From a virus (lineage: Duplodnaviria; Caudoviricetes), in the IMG/VR virus record IMGVR_UViG_3300014969_000016, positions 1 through 64,000 of that record: DNA of 64,000 nucleotides; one strand, written 5' to 3'. The translations under genes and the position numbers were made by a program. The first letter of the stretch is position 1. Each line of letters opens with the position of its first letter. Below the pieces are notes generated by a model. It was not told the DNA's origin and did no database searches. It worked only from the letters and a program-made list of their open reading frames with translations. This document shows positions 56,706-64,000 of this stretch, one piece after another.

Positions 56706-57704
56706 CCCGGCAACGTACTAGCAACTTTGTCCCTTAGCGACATGAAGGGGATCAAGGGGATCTGAGTTACCGCGGCAGCGGTAGACCGGCCCCCGGAACT
56801 TCCCATACACCGGTTACAACAGGTAACAGCACTCCATACCACAGTTACGTACATCCAGCCAGTGCAAACTCTCAAACCACTCACAAACACTCCCAAACCG
56901 GCTGTTAAGCACTACGAGTTGACAGCACTACCCGAAAAGTGACGTTTCCGTTTGTATTTTCACCCTCAGCACGCTGGGGGTATGGTTTAGCCACTGTTGT
57001 CACAATGCGTATTCTAGCAACTCGCTGCACTACTCAGAGGGAGTTTAGGGCTTAAACCTACCCATGGGTGCTACAAAGCCCCTGGTGGGCCTTTGATCTT
57101 AATGTGGCGGGCGTAGCCCGCCATAGTATCAATTGGCCGCCGCTGTGCGGCGCCCATTTACTAGCAACTGCATGGCTGCGCAGCAGCCATACAGTCATGC
57201 GAGTTGCTAGTCCAATGGCCTTTAGGCCATTGGAGTTGACAGTATCGCACAGTTAGGCGGCCATGTCGCTATGCGACAATGAGCCATACAGGTGTATGTA
57301 CACGACATCGAGCATGCGATACGTGCATGCCGATAGGCATGACCGTAGGGTGAGCAGGCATTGCGGTACGTGCTCTAGTTACTAGCGCACGTGCTAGAGG
57401 GTGTGCGTTAGTACCTACCTGGTGCTATGGCATGCTCTAAGAGGTTGCTAGGGCCGCCGATTGGTGCGCCCCCTGGGGGCACTGATGGCACTGGTGACAC
57501 TGGTGAGCGTGACCAGGGCCGCGGTTGGGGCGCCCATACAGCGGTATGCGTGTGGACAGCTACGATGCCCTGAGACATGCCTGTGTGCCCGTAGAGCCAC
57601 GCAGTTGCTAGTAGGGTACGCTGATACCACAGGGGGCGTTTGCGTCGCTCTCAGAGGCGTACAGAGGCCTCTCAGGGAAACGCCCTGCTAGCAACCGGTG
57701 AACG

Positions 57705-57735
57705 CAAACAGCCCCAGGGGGTTACCCTGGGGCTG
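57705..57735 (-). terminator. Intrinsic terminator after the helicase gene
   Basis: CAGCCCCAGGG/CCCTGGGGCTG stem followed by TTTGCGTT on the minus strand. Confidence 0.65.
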
Positions 57736-57752
57736 CGTGAGGGGGGGATGGC

Positions 57753-59468
57753 TCAGGGCCGATACTGAGCCTGGGCCGATGGGTACCAGGCCTGCAGCAG
57801 GCTCTCAGTCAGCGTGTCCTCATCGATGGTCACCGGCCGACCGGCGTTCACCGCATCGCATATGGCGCTCTTCTCCTGCAGCACACCGAACAGGTGGCCG
57901 TCGATGGTCGGGGTGCCATCCTCCTGGCAGGCCTGGAGGATGTGCCAGGTGATGGCCTCGCCATCGATGGCCCGCTGCATGCTGATGCTGTCGGTGCGCA
58001 GGATGCGGTCCATGGCCTGTTTGAAGTCTCCCGCCGACCAGGGAAGCTGGGCGAACACCGCATCAGCCGCAGCCGTGAGGGTGACCCCGACCCCGGCCGC
58101 ACCGATCTGTGCCAGGCAGACCATCGTGTCGCTGTCCTGGTTCTGGAAGTCATTGATGGTCGTCATGCGACGGTCGCCCGTGACCTTGCCATTGATGGTG
58201 CAGTAGCGGATGCCCTTGCTACCCAGGGCCACGCCGATGGTTTCCCAGGCTCGCGTGTGGTGGTAGAACACAACGACCTTGCGGCCCTGATCGACCAGTT
58301 GCTGCACGTAGTCCACGGTGGCGTGCGCCTTGGCGTTGCCCGCCTCCTGCCACAGTGCGAACATGCGCTGGGCCGCTTCCATCTTCGCCTTTGCGAAGTA
58401 GGCCTTCGGACCCTCATTGCGCATGACGGTGCCCAGGAAGTCATTGGCCAGTTCGTTGTACCGGCGCAGCATGCCATTCAGGGCGATGGGGACGACGACG
58501 ATACCGCTGTTCGGCAGCAGGTCGCCCAGGTCGCTCTTCTCCCGGCGCACGTACACCGTGCTGCGCAGGTTGGAGTGAAGCTCGGCCGCACGTGTGAAGT
58601 CAGTACCGAACACGGTGAACTTGCGGCCCTTGGCCCACTTCTCCACGGGGGCGCAGTAGCGCCAGAGGAATCCGGATCCCTTGTGCGCACCAGGTGTGAG
58701 GGCCAGCAGCAGGTTCTCGCCACCCAGGTAGCTCAGTGGCACCATCGATTCGACCACGCGGTTGGTGAGCAACGTGCCAGTCATACCGACCAGGGGCGTG
58801 CCCTGGGCGCGCAGCGCCTCACCCAGCGCCATCATGACCTTGGCCCGACCGGTGGTCGCCTTGCCATTGCTGCCCTTGTCACGGTGGATCTCGTCACGCA
58901 CCACAATCTTGGCGGCGCGGATGAAAGCGTTCGCCTCCAGCCGAGTCTTCTCATGGCCATCGCGGTCGGTGTAGGTCACGGTGCGCGTGGTCCACGCCTG
59001 CATGGTCTGAGAGTGGTCGCTGATCCAGTACACGTCAGCGATGGGGAGGCTCGCGAAGTCAGCCTTGATGCCCTTGATGTGGTGAAAGCGCAGGCCGGGG
59101 AAGGCGGCTTTCATGTCACCCATGTATCCGGCCTGGGTGACGGGCGGGGCGAAGACCACGCCGTAGCCACCGTTGGCGATGCGCTCAGCGATCAGGGCCA
59201 GGGCGACGCGAGTCTTGCCCATGCCCATGTCATCACCGATGACGGCGCAGCCGAACGATGCGAGGGCGTGATTGGCCGCGACGCGTGCAGCGGTCTGATG
59301 CGGCAACTCAGGTGCGAGCAGTCCGGGGGGCGGCGGGGCGATGGCAGTCAGGGCGCTGGACAGATCGAACATGACCGGATCCAGGCCGGTGGCCAGGGCC
59401 GCTGGCGTCGGTGCGACCACGGGAACGGCTTGCGCCGCCTGCGTGATCGATGAGGGAAACAGTGACAT
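57753..59468 (-). CDS. SNF2-like SF2 helicase/translocase
   Basis: DDMGMGKT, DEIH, MTGT, KVVVF, GVGVTLTAA, QAMDRILR; GGAG RBS before MSLFP. Confidence 0.88.
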   Translation of the reverse strand: MSLFPSSITQAAQAVPVVAPTPAALATGLDPVMFDLSSALTAIAPPPPGLLAPELPHQTAARVAANHALASFGCAVIGDDMGMGKTRVALALIAERIANGGYGVVFAPPVTQAGYMGDMKAAFPGLRFHHIKGIKADFASLPIADVYWISDHSQTMQAWTTRTVTYTDRDGHEKTRLEANAFIRAAKIVVRDEIHRDKGSNGKATTGRAKVMMALGEALRAQGTPLVGMTGTLLTNRVVESMVPLSYLGGENLLLALTPGAHKGSGFLWRYCAPVEKWAKGRKFTVFGTDFTRAAELHSNLRSTVYVRREKSDLGDLLPNSGIVVVPIALNGMLRRYNELANDFLGTVMRNEGPKAYFAKAKMEAAQRMFALWQEAGNAKAHATVDYVQQLVDQGRKVVVFYHHTRAWETIGVALGSKGIRYCTINGKVTGDRRMTTINDFQNQDSDTMVCLAQIGAAGVGVTLTAAADAVFAQLPWSAGDFKQAMDRILRTDSISMQRAIDGEAITWHILQACQEDGTPTIDGHLFGVLQEKSAICDAVNAGRPVTIDEDTLTESLLQAWYPSAQAQYRP

Positions 59469-59503
59469 GGTGATAGCTCCGGGATACGGGAAGTGGGAAA
59501 GGT

Positions 59504-59551
59504 CAGTGTACAGCCTGCACCCTGGTATCACAACGTGCTGTGATACCAGGG
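59504..59551 (-). promoter_or_regulatory. Cassette promoter module 1
   Basis: TTGTGA-N17-TACACT with a CCCTGGTATCACA/TGTGATACCAGGG inverted repeat. Confidence 0.75.
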
Positions 59552-59573
59552 TACCAGGGTACGAGCGGCAGGC

Positions 59574-60443
59574 TCAGCCCCAGGGCAGGCCGTTCTTCTT
59601 GGCGCACACCGGCCCGTAGCCCACGGCCACCGAACGGTTGTCGCCCTCATCGGTCAACTCCAGGTTGCAGAAGCAGCAGTGGTGCGTGGCCCAGCCCAGG
59701 CCAGCAGCCTCAGCGGCCGTGGCGGGGCGCCCGTTGCGCACCATGGCCATGCCACCCTTGACGTAGTCCCAGGACAGCTTCTCACCGGCAACCGGCGCAG
59801 CGATCAGGCGCATGGCGTACTGGTTGCCCGACGTGCGGCCCGTGCGGATCAGCCAGAAGGATGACCAGTCGCCCTCAGGGCCGACCACGTACAGCCCGTT
59901 GGCCAGGGGCGTGCGAGGCGCACCCTTGGCAGCGACCATGCGGCCTGCAGCCTCACGCTGGCGCTCGGTGAGCGTGCGACCAGCATCAGCCTGGCCCACC
60001 AGGCTCGCAGCGAACTCACGGTTGCGAGGCGACGCAGCCGCATCGTCAGCGATGGCTCGCAGCGCTTCGACCAGGTCGTCCTTCGGCGTGACAGCCTTGG
60101 CGATCAGGTTGCGGGCGGCGAACAGGTTGATCAGCATGGCGTAGGCGACGTTCTCGTCGGCCGTGCCAGCGATGACCTGGCCCAGGACGCTCATGTCCAC
60201 GGTGGCCAGGGGATCGGATGCGAACGTGTGACCAGCGGCCAGCGCATCGATGCTGCGCACCGTGCCAGCGACCTGGGCGGCGATGGTGGGGGCGCACGTG
60301 GGGCAGATCGCGATCCACTTGCCAGAGGCATTGACGGCGGCGTAGCCGTGGCCCACTCGCGTGGCGTCCTTGCAGAAGAGGCACTGGCCATCGCGCTTGG
60401 TGGCGATGACTCGGCTGAATCGGGCGAGGCCTGGAGTGTTCAT
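59574..60443 (-). CDS. Zinc-binding protein with C-terminal DUF6011-like motif
   Basis: CLFC...CPTC N-terminus; CCFCNLELTD...SVAVGYGPVCA C-terminus. Confidence 0.7.
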   Translation of the reverse strand: MNTPGLARFSRVIATKRDGQCLFCKDATRVGHGYAAVNASGKWIAICPTCAPTIAAQVAGTVRSIDALAAGHTFASDPLATVDMSVLGQVIAGTADENVAYAMLINLFAARNLIAKAVTPKDDLVEALRAIADDAAASPRNREFAASLVGQADAGRTLTERQREAAGRMVAAKGAPRTPLANGLYVVGPEGDWSSFWLIRTGRTSGNQYAMRLIAAPVAGEKLSWDYVKGGMAMVRNGRPATAAEAAGLGWATHHCCFCNLELTDEGDNRSVAVGYGPVCAKKNGLPWG

Positions 60444-60492
60444 GGGAGTGATCCGATCTCCGCACGGTGGCGGGGTGAAGTGGTGACAGGGA

Positions 60493-60553
60493 TCATGATA
60501 GGGCGCATACCCTGGTATCACAACACGGCGTTGCTAGAAACTCGGGAATCTTT
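60493..60553 (-). promoter_or_regulatory. Cassette promoter module 2
   Basis: AAAGATTC...TTGTGA-N17-TATCAT. Confidence 0.7.
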
Positions 60554-60652
60554 CAGGGCATCCCTGACGACATAACGCGGAGCAGCCCTGATCCCGTCCC
60601 ACCCGGATGCGGTAGCTCGGTGGCCTCGCGGCCCCGCTCGGAGTGGGCGCCC

Positions 60653-60925
60653 TCAGCAGGCGTCGTAGACCACGCCCGTGCCGTTGCACTCGGAGCAGAT
60701 GTCCACCTCAGCGAGCATCGCCTTGGCGACGGGGCTGGCCAGGCCAGAGCCTGAGGTGAGCGCCCAGCAGGCGGTGCTCACGGCATCGGAGAATCGGCTG
60801 CCGGTGCAGTTCATGATGTAGTGCGCCTCTTGCGAAACGACGGGGCGCAACTCATCGGCAAGACCGGAGTTCACGAAGATCAACTCGGCCCTGGGGTTGC
60901 CCAGCGTGGTGGTGGTGGTGGTCAT
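60653..60925 (-). CDS. Hypothetical leaderless early protein
   Basis: ATG 6 nt after TACACT; C-terminal CSECNGTG. Confidence 0.6.
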   Translation of the reverse strand: MTTTTTTLGNPRAELIFVNSGLADELRPVVSQEAHYIMNCTGSRFSDAVSTACWALTSGSGLASPVAKAMLAEVDICSECNGTGVVYDAC

Positions 60926-60930
60926 GGGAT

Positions 60931-60990
60931 CAGTGTACAGGCGATACGTGGGTATCACAACACACTGTTGTGATACCCACGCAGATTTCT
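60931..60990 (-). promoter_or_regulatory. Cassette promoter module 3
   Basis: AGAAATC...TTGTGA-N17-TACACT; GTGGGTATCACAACA/TGTTGTGATACCCAC inverted repeat. Confidence 0.8.
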
Positions 60991-61331
60991 CAGACCTGCG
61001 TGCAGCCCTCCGCAGCCGCAGCCGCAGCGATCTCGTCACGCAGGCGGCGCATGCGCACCGCACGGGCGTCCTGCTCGGCGCGAGCGATGGGCGTGTTGCG
61101 GAACGCAGCCAGCAGGCCGTCGTTGCCACGGTTGTGGGCCATGATGATGACAGTCTTGTTGGGACCAGTCGTGACATTGATGCTGGCGAACCCGCTGCAC
61201 AGGTTGCCGGTGGCGCTGTTCACAGCATCCACGGTGCGGGCGATGGTGTAGCCCAGCGCGAGCATGTCACCGATCTCGGTGGCTGCCCACGTCTCGGTGG
61301 CGTAGTCGGTGGTGAGGGTGAGGGTGTACAT
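60990..61331 (-). CDS. Hypothetical early protein
   Basis: MYTLTLTT...; stop abuts module 3. Confidence 0.6.
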   Translation of the reverse strand: MYTLTLTTDYATETWAATEIGDMLALGYTIARTVDAVNSATGNLCSGFASINVTTGPNKTVIIMAHNRGNDGLLAAFRNTPIARAEQDARAVRMRRLRDEIAAAAAAEGCTQV

Positions 61332-61356
61332 GGTGGTGAGTCCTGTCGGTCGGTGG

Positions 61357-61411
61357 TGATACCAGTGTATCGGGCGCACCGTGTTGTCACAACACGGTGC
61401 GCCTGATTTCT
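61357..61411 (-). promoter_or_regulatory. Cassette promoter module 4
   Basis: TTGTGA-N17-TACACT within the palindrome GGCGCACCGTGTTGT-C-ACAACACGGTGCGCC. Confidence 0.8.
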
Positions 61412-61413
61412 GA

Positions 61414-61710
61414 TCAGACCAGCGTGGCGCCCTTGCGGGCGGCGAACCGGCCGAACGCTGCGAGCATGCCCTCGCGGCCGATGTCCTTCGACATGCGGGC
61501 GACAGCCTTGTACGTGCTGCGCTTACGGTCGTACGAGCCGCCCGGATGGTTCGGGAACGATGATGCTGCCAGGACGGTGCCGTCGCTGCGCAGCACGTAG
61601 AACGTGCGGACGATGCCGCCGACGCCCTGCAGGCCGTCGTTGTCCTCGGCCGTGTAGTCGCTGGTTGCCTCGGCAAGCTTGACTGCGCCGCGGGCTGAAA
61701 TCTTGGCCAT
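61414..61710 (-). CDS. Hypothetical early protein
   Basis: AAGGAG RBS; YVLRSDGTVL. Confidence 0.65.
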   Translation of the reverse strand: MAKISARGAVKLAEATSDYTAEDNDGLQGVGGIVRTFYVLRSDGTVLAASSFPNHPGGSYDRKRSTYKAVARMSKDIGREGMLAAFGRFAARKGATLV

Positions 61711-61734
61711 GGTGGTGGCTCCTTCGGTAGGTGG

Positions 61735-61790
61735 TGTGATACCAGTGTACAGGCATACACTGGTATCACAACACGGTGAGCAGGATTTCT
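61735..61790 (-). promoter_or_regulatory. Cassette promoter module 5
   Basis: TTGTGA-N16-TACACT; TGTGATACCAGTGTA/TACACTGGTATCACA inverted repeat. Confidence 0.8.
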
Positions 61791-61801
61791 TGGTGTCTCG
61801 T

Positions 61802-62056
61802 TCAGATGCTCCCGTCCATGTCGATACGGGCGACGATGGCGTCGGCCCGTGCGTACAGGGCGTCCACGTCGTCTTCGTCCAGGTACAGGCCAGCCTGCTC
61901 GGCAGCGTCGCTCAGCAGGGCGTACACAGCCTCCTGCATGGGCACCCACTCGTTGGCGCTGGCATCGCCAACGCTCAGGCCGTCCTCCAGGAAGGCGGCG
62001 CGGATCTGCTCGTTCGTGATCCGGATGCGGTTGATGGCGTCGTTGCCCACGTTCAT
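61802..62056 (-). CDS. Acidic hypothetical early protein
   Basis: 84 aa, Asp/Glu-rich; ATGA coupling. Confidence 0.6.
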   Translation of the reverse strand: MNVGNDAINRIRITNEQIRAAFLEDGLSVGDASANEWVPMQEAVYALLSDAAEQAGLYLDEDDVDALYARADAIVARIDMDGSI

Positions 62057-62220
62057 GACGTGACCTCGACGGTCCAGCCGTCACGGGCGACCATCTCGTC
62101 GTAGTTGCGGAGGATGTACATGGTGGCCCATGCGATGAGCGCCTTGTCGGTGCGCTCCACGGTGGAGTCCATCTCCAGCGGCTCGGAAAGCTGCGGGTGG
62201 CTCAGGCGGTAGGTGATCAT
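62053..62220 (-). CDS. Hypothetical early protein
   Basis: Manual translation MITYRLSHPQLSEPL...EVTS*; GGAG RBS. Confidence 0.6.
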   Translation of the reverse strand: MITYRLSHPQLSEPLEMDSTVERTDKALIAWATMYILRNYDEMVARDGWTVEVTS

Positions 62221-62314
62221 GGTGGTTCTCCCGGTAAGTGGTGGGTGGTGGGTGGCTCCCCGCCCGCAGGCGGGGAGCCGGTGCCCGAGTCTCAGGTCGG
62301 TGCCGCCTCTGTCG

Positions 62315-62372
62315 TGTGATACCAGTGTATCGAGCGCAGCGTGGTATCACAACACGCTGCGCCCGAATCTTT
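62315..62372 (-). promoter_or_regulatory. Cassette promoter module 6
   Basis: TTGTGA-N17-TACACT; GCGCAGCGTG/CACGCTGCGC arms. Confidence 0.8.
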
Positions 62373-62587
62373 CAGGCGGTCACCCAGGGGGCGACGGCCC
62401 ACACCAGGTCGGTGGTGCGCATGAACAGCCCGTTGGGGTACAGGTCGGTCAGCACGGTGACGGTGCCAGGCGTGTCGTGGAATTCGAAGCCGGTCACCAC
62501 GTGGGGGATGTCGCTGGAATCAACGAACTCCTGGCCCACGCACAGGTGCGCAACCTCGCGGCGGATGTAAGTGGCTTGTGCGGTCAT
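62372..62587 (-). CDS. Hypothetical leaderless early protein
   Basis: ATG 6 nt after TACACT. Confidence 0.6.
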   Translation of the reverse strand: MTAQATYIRREVAHLCVGQEFVDSSDIPHVVTGFEFHDTPGTVTVLTDLYPNGLFMRTTDLVWAVAPWVTA

Positions 62588-62591
62588 GGTG

Positions 62592-62641
62592 TCAGTGTAC
62601 AGGGTGGCGAGTGTTGTCACAACACGGTGACCAGGATTTCT
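62592..62641 (-). promoter_or_regulatory. Cassette promoter module 7
   Basis: TTGTGA-N17-TACACT; GTGTTGT-C-ACAACAC palindrome. Confidence 0.75.
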
Positions 62642-62679
62642 CCCGGCCACCGTGTGTCGTGCTCCCTACCACCAGGAGA

Positions 62680-62895
62680 TCAGCCAGCGGTGAACACAGG
62701 CCTGCTGGTGCGCAGTGAGGCCTGGAAGAGCAGGTCGTAGATGGCCGTGCGGGCGGCGAACGCCGACGCACCGCTGCGGCGCAGGTTGCGGTAGTGGAAC
62801 CGCAGGTACCAGGCCGTGTAGTTGTCCACGGTGATGGTGTTGGGCGCGTAGTCAGCGTTGCGCCGGAACTTGATGATTTCGCGGGTGATGGTCAT
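62680..62895 (-). CDS. Basic hypothetical early protein
   Basis: AGGAG RBS before MTITRE. Confidence 0.6.
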   Translation of the reverse strand: MTITREIIKFRRNADYAPNTITVDNYTAWYLRFHYRNLRRSGASAFAARTAIYDLLFQASLRTSRPVFTAG

Positions 62896-62926
62896 GGTTG
62901 GCTCCTGGCCGGTAAGTGGTGGTGGT

Positions 62927-62977
62927 GTCAGTGTACAGGGTGCGCCGTGTTGTGACAACACGGCGCACCAGGTTTCT
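62927..62977 (-). promoter_or_regulatory. Cassette promoter module 8
   Basis: TTGTCA-N17-TACACT within GGTGCGCCGTGTTGT-G-ACAACACGGCGCACC. Confidence 0.8.
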
Positions 62978-63165
62978 CAGGCCGTGGCCTGCGCCCCATC
63001 GATGAGGAAGGCCGTCAGGTCTGCGACCTGCGAGGGATCCAGGTCAACGACCTGGCCATCGGTGGTGTAGACCCACACGTGGCCCTCATCGGTGAACACG
63101 GCGCGAAGACTGTCGCCCGTGCCATCGGTGGCATTGAAGTTGGATACGAGTGCGTTCTGGAACAT
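62977..63165 (-). CDS. Acidic hypothetical early protein
   Basis: GGAG RBS before MFQNAL. Confidence 0.6.
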   Translation of the reverse strand: MFQNALVSNFNATDGTGDSLRAVFTDEGHVWVYTTDGQVVDLDPSQVADLTAFLIDGAQATA

Positions 63166-63184
63166 GGTGCTCTCCATTCGGTGG

Positions 63185-63241
63185 TGTGATACCAGGGTAC
63201 AGGATGCACCCTGGTATCACAACACGGTCGGGCTGATTTCT
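63185..63241 (-). promoter_or_regulatory. Cassette promoter module 9
   Basis: TTGTGA-N17-TACCCT; TGTGATACCAGGGT/ACCCTGGTATCACA inverted repeat. Confidence 0.8.
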
Positions 63242-63561
63242 CAGCGGGCGTTCACGGCGGCAACCGCCGCAGCGTGGCTGCCAGGGCACTCGCAACCGCC
63301 CATGGCGATCTGCAGGGCCGTGCAGGTGGGCAGGTGCCATTTGAACGACACCATCTGGCGGTCGATCTCCTGGGCGCCGTGCAGCAGGTTGGCTGCGAGC
63401 GTGCGAGCCTGCTCGGCGGTGAGGCGCAGGTCAGCCAGCACGCCGCCGTTGTCACGGTCGGTCACGCCGTCCTTCCACACCCGCACCATGACGGCGGGGC
63501 GCAGCTTGGCGTTCTGAACTTCGATCAGTTCGCCGTGGTCGGTGGCCTGGAGGGTTTGCAT
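63241..63561 (-). CDS. Hypothetical early protein
   Basis: GGGAG RBS; LTAEQARTLAANL motif and Cys/His tail. Confidence 0.65.
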   Translation of the reverse strand: MQTLQATDHGELIEVQNAKLRPAVMVRVWKDGVTDRDNGGVLADLRLTAEQARTLAANLLHGAQEIDRQMVSFKWHLPTCTALQIAMGGCECPGSHAAAVAAVNAR

Positions 63562-63595
63562 GTCGGTATCTCCCTGGTTCGGTCGGTGGTGTACC

Positions 63596-63628
63596 CCAGG
63601 ATACAGGAGTTGCTAGCAACCACAACCT
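63596..63628 (-). promoter_or_regulatory. Variant promoter module 10 with TTGCTAGCAA palindrome in the spacer
   Basis: TTGTGG-N16-TATCCT. Confidence 0.55.
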
Positions 63629-63652
63629 CGATACCCAGGTTTATACCTGTTT

Positions 63653-63673
63653 TTATCCACAGAGTTGTCCACA
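63653..63673 (+). promoter_or_regulatory. Two tandem DnaA boxes
   Basis: TTATCCACA (63653-63661) and TTGTCCACA (63665-63673) in non-coding DNA. Confidence 0.65.
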
Positions 63674-64000
63674 GGCTGTGGGCGCAGCCCCGCCCCTGGG
63701 CAGGGGAGCGGAGCGCGACCGGCCACGGCAAGGGAGGCGGATCCCCACGCCGTGACCGGCTACCCCAGGGGCGGCGGAACATCCCCCAGGGCAGTCGCCC
63801 GTAGGCGACGTGGATGAGTCTACACGCGTGGCGCCACCCGGCCCTGGGACACTGGATGCGATGCCCAGGGCCGGGTGACTCCCGCCCGTTGCCGGTGGGT
63901 GAGCGTAACACAACAGCAACGTGGCGAGTCAAGGCGCGAGCGTGCGTACGCGTGTTCGCCACCCGTGTAGGGGTGGGTAGGCGAGAGCGCCAGCGCTCTT

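Noticed and set aside
57894-59453. Long plus-strand ORFs here and at 667-1851, 11464-12582, 42145-43560 and 48431-49453
   Set aside because: Antisense shadows of well-supported minus-strand genes, expected in GC-rich DNA.
59504-63628. CRISPR array interpretation of the repeated palindromic elements
   Set aside because: Repeats are degenerate, the intervening DNA is 200-1000 bp and protein-coding, and no cas genes are present.
59504-63628. Classical integron
   Set aside because: No tyrosine integrase is seen, and each unit has its own promoter, unlike typical promoterless integron cassettes. Kept only as an analogy.

Overview
A 64 kb segment of a large, GC-rich tailed phage with a contractile tail (myovirus). 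The host is most likely an actinobacterium, inferred from GC content, leaderless genes and a TTGTCCACA DnaA box. Almost everything is on the minus strand. Reading in the direction of transcription (right to left): (i) a non-coding stretch with two tandem DnaA boxes (~63.65 kb); (ii) an array of small genes (59.5-63.6 kb), each unit preceded by its own palindromic TTGTGA-N16/17-TACACT promoter module, ending in a DUF6011-like gene and an SNF2-like helicase; (iii) a ~1 kb non-coding, CTAG-rich region; (iv) many small hypothetical/zinc-finger genes, tRNA-Gly(GCC), a Thr-rich secreted protein and a KTSC protein; (v) large terminase, ~14 mostly small genes including ADP-ribosyltransferase-like and ParB-like ones, portal, scaffold and major capsid; (vi) fibre/decoration proteins including a 1897-aa His-repeat protein, neck proteins with an inserted GNAT plus ART-like pair, sheath, tube, chaperone (probable +1 frameshift), tape measure and baseplate. 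The two most promising candidate systems are the promoter-hairpin gene-cassette array and a set of enzyme-like proteins in the head operon sharing a 12-aa N-terminal tag (M-[PA]-A-x-[DE]-x-[LV]-x-x-x-[QL]-F), possibly a capsid-targeting signal for injected effectors. All functional calls come from motif recognition by eye; no searches were run.
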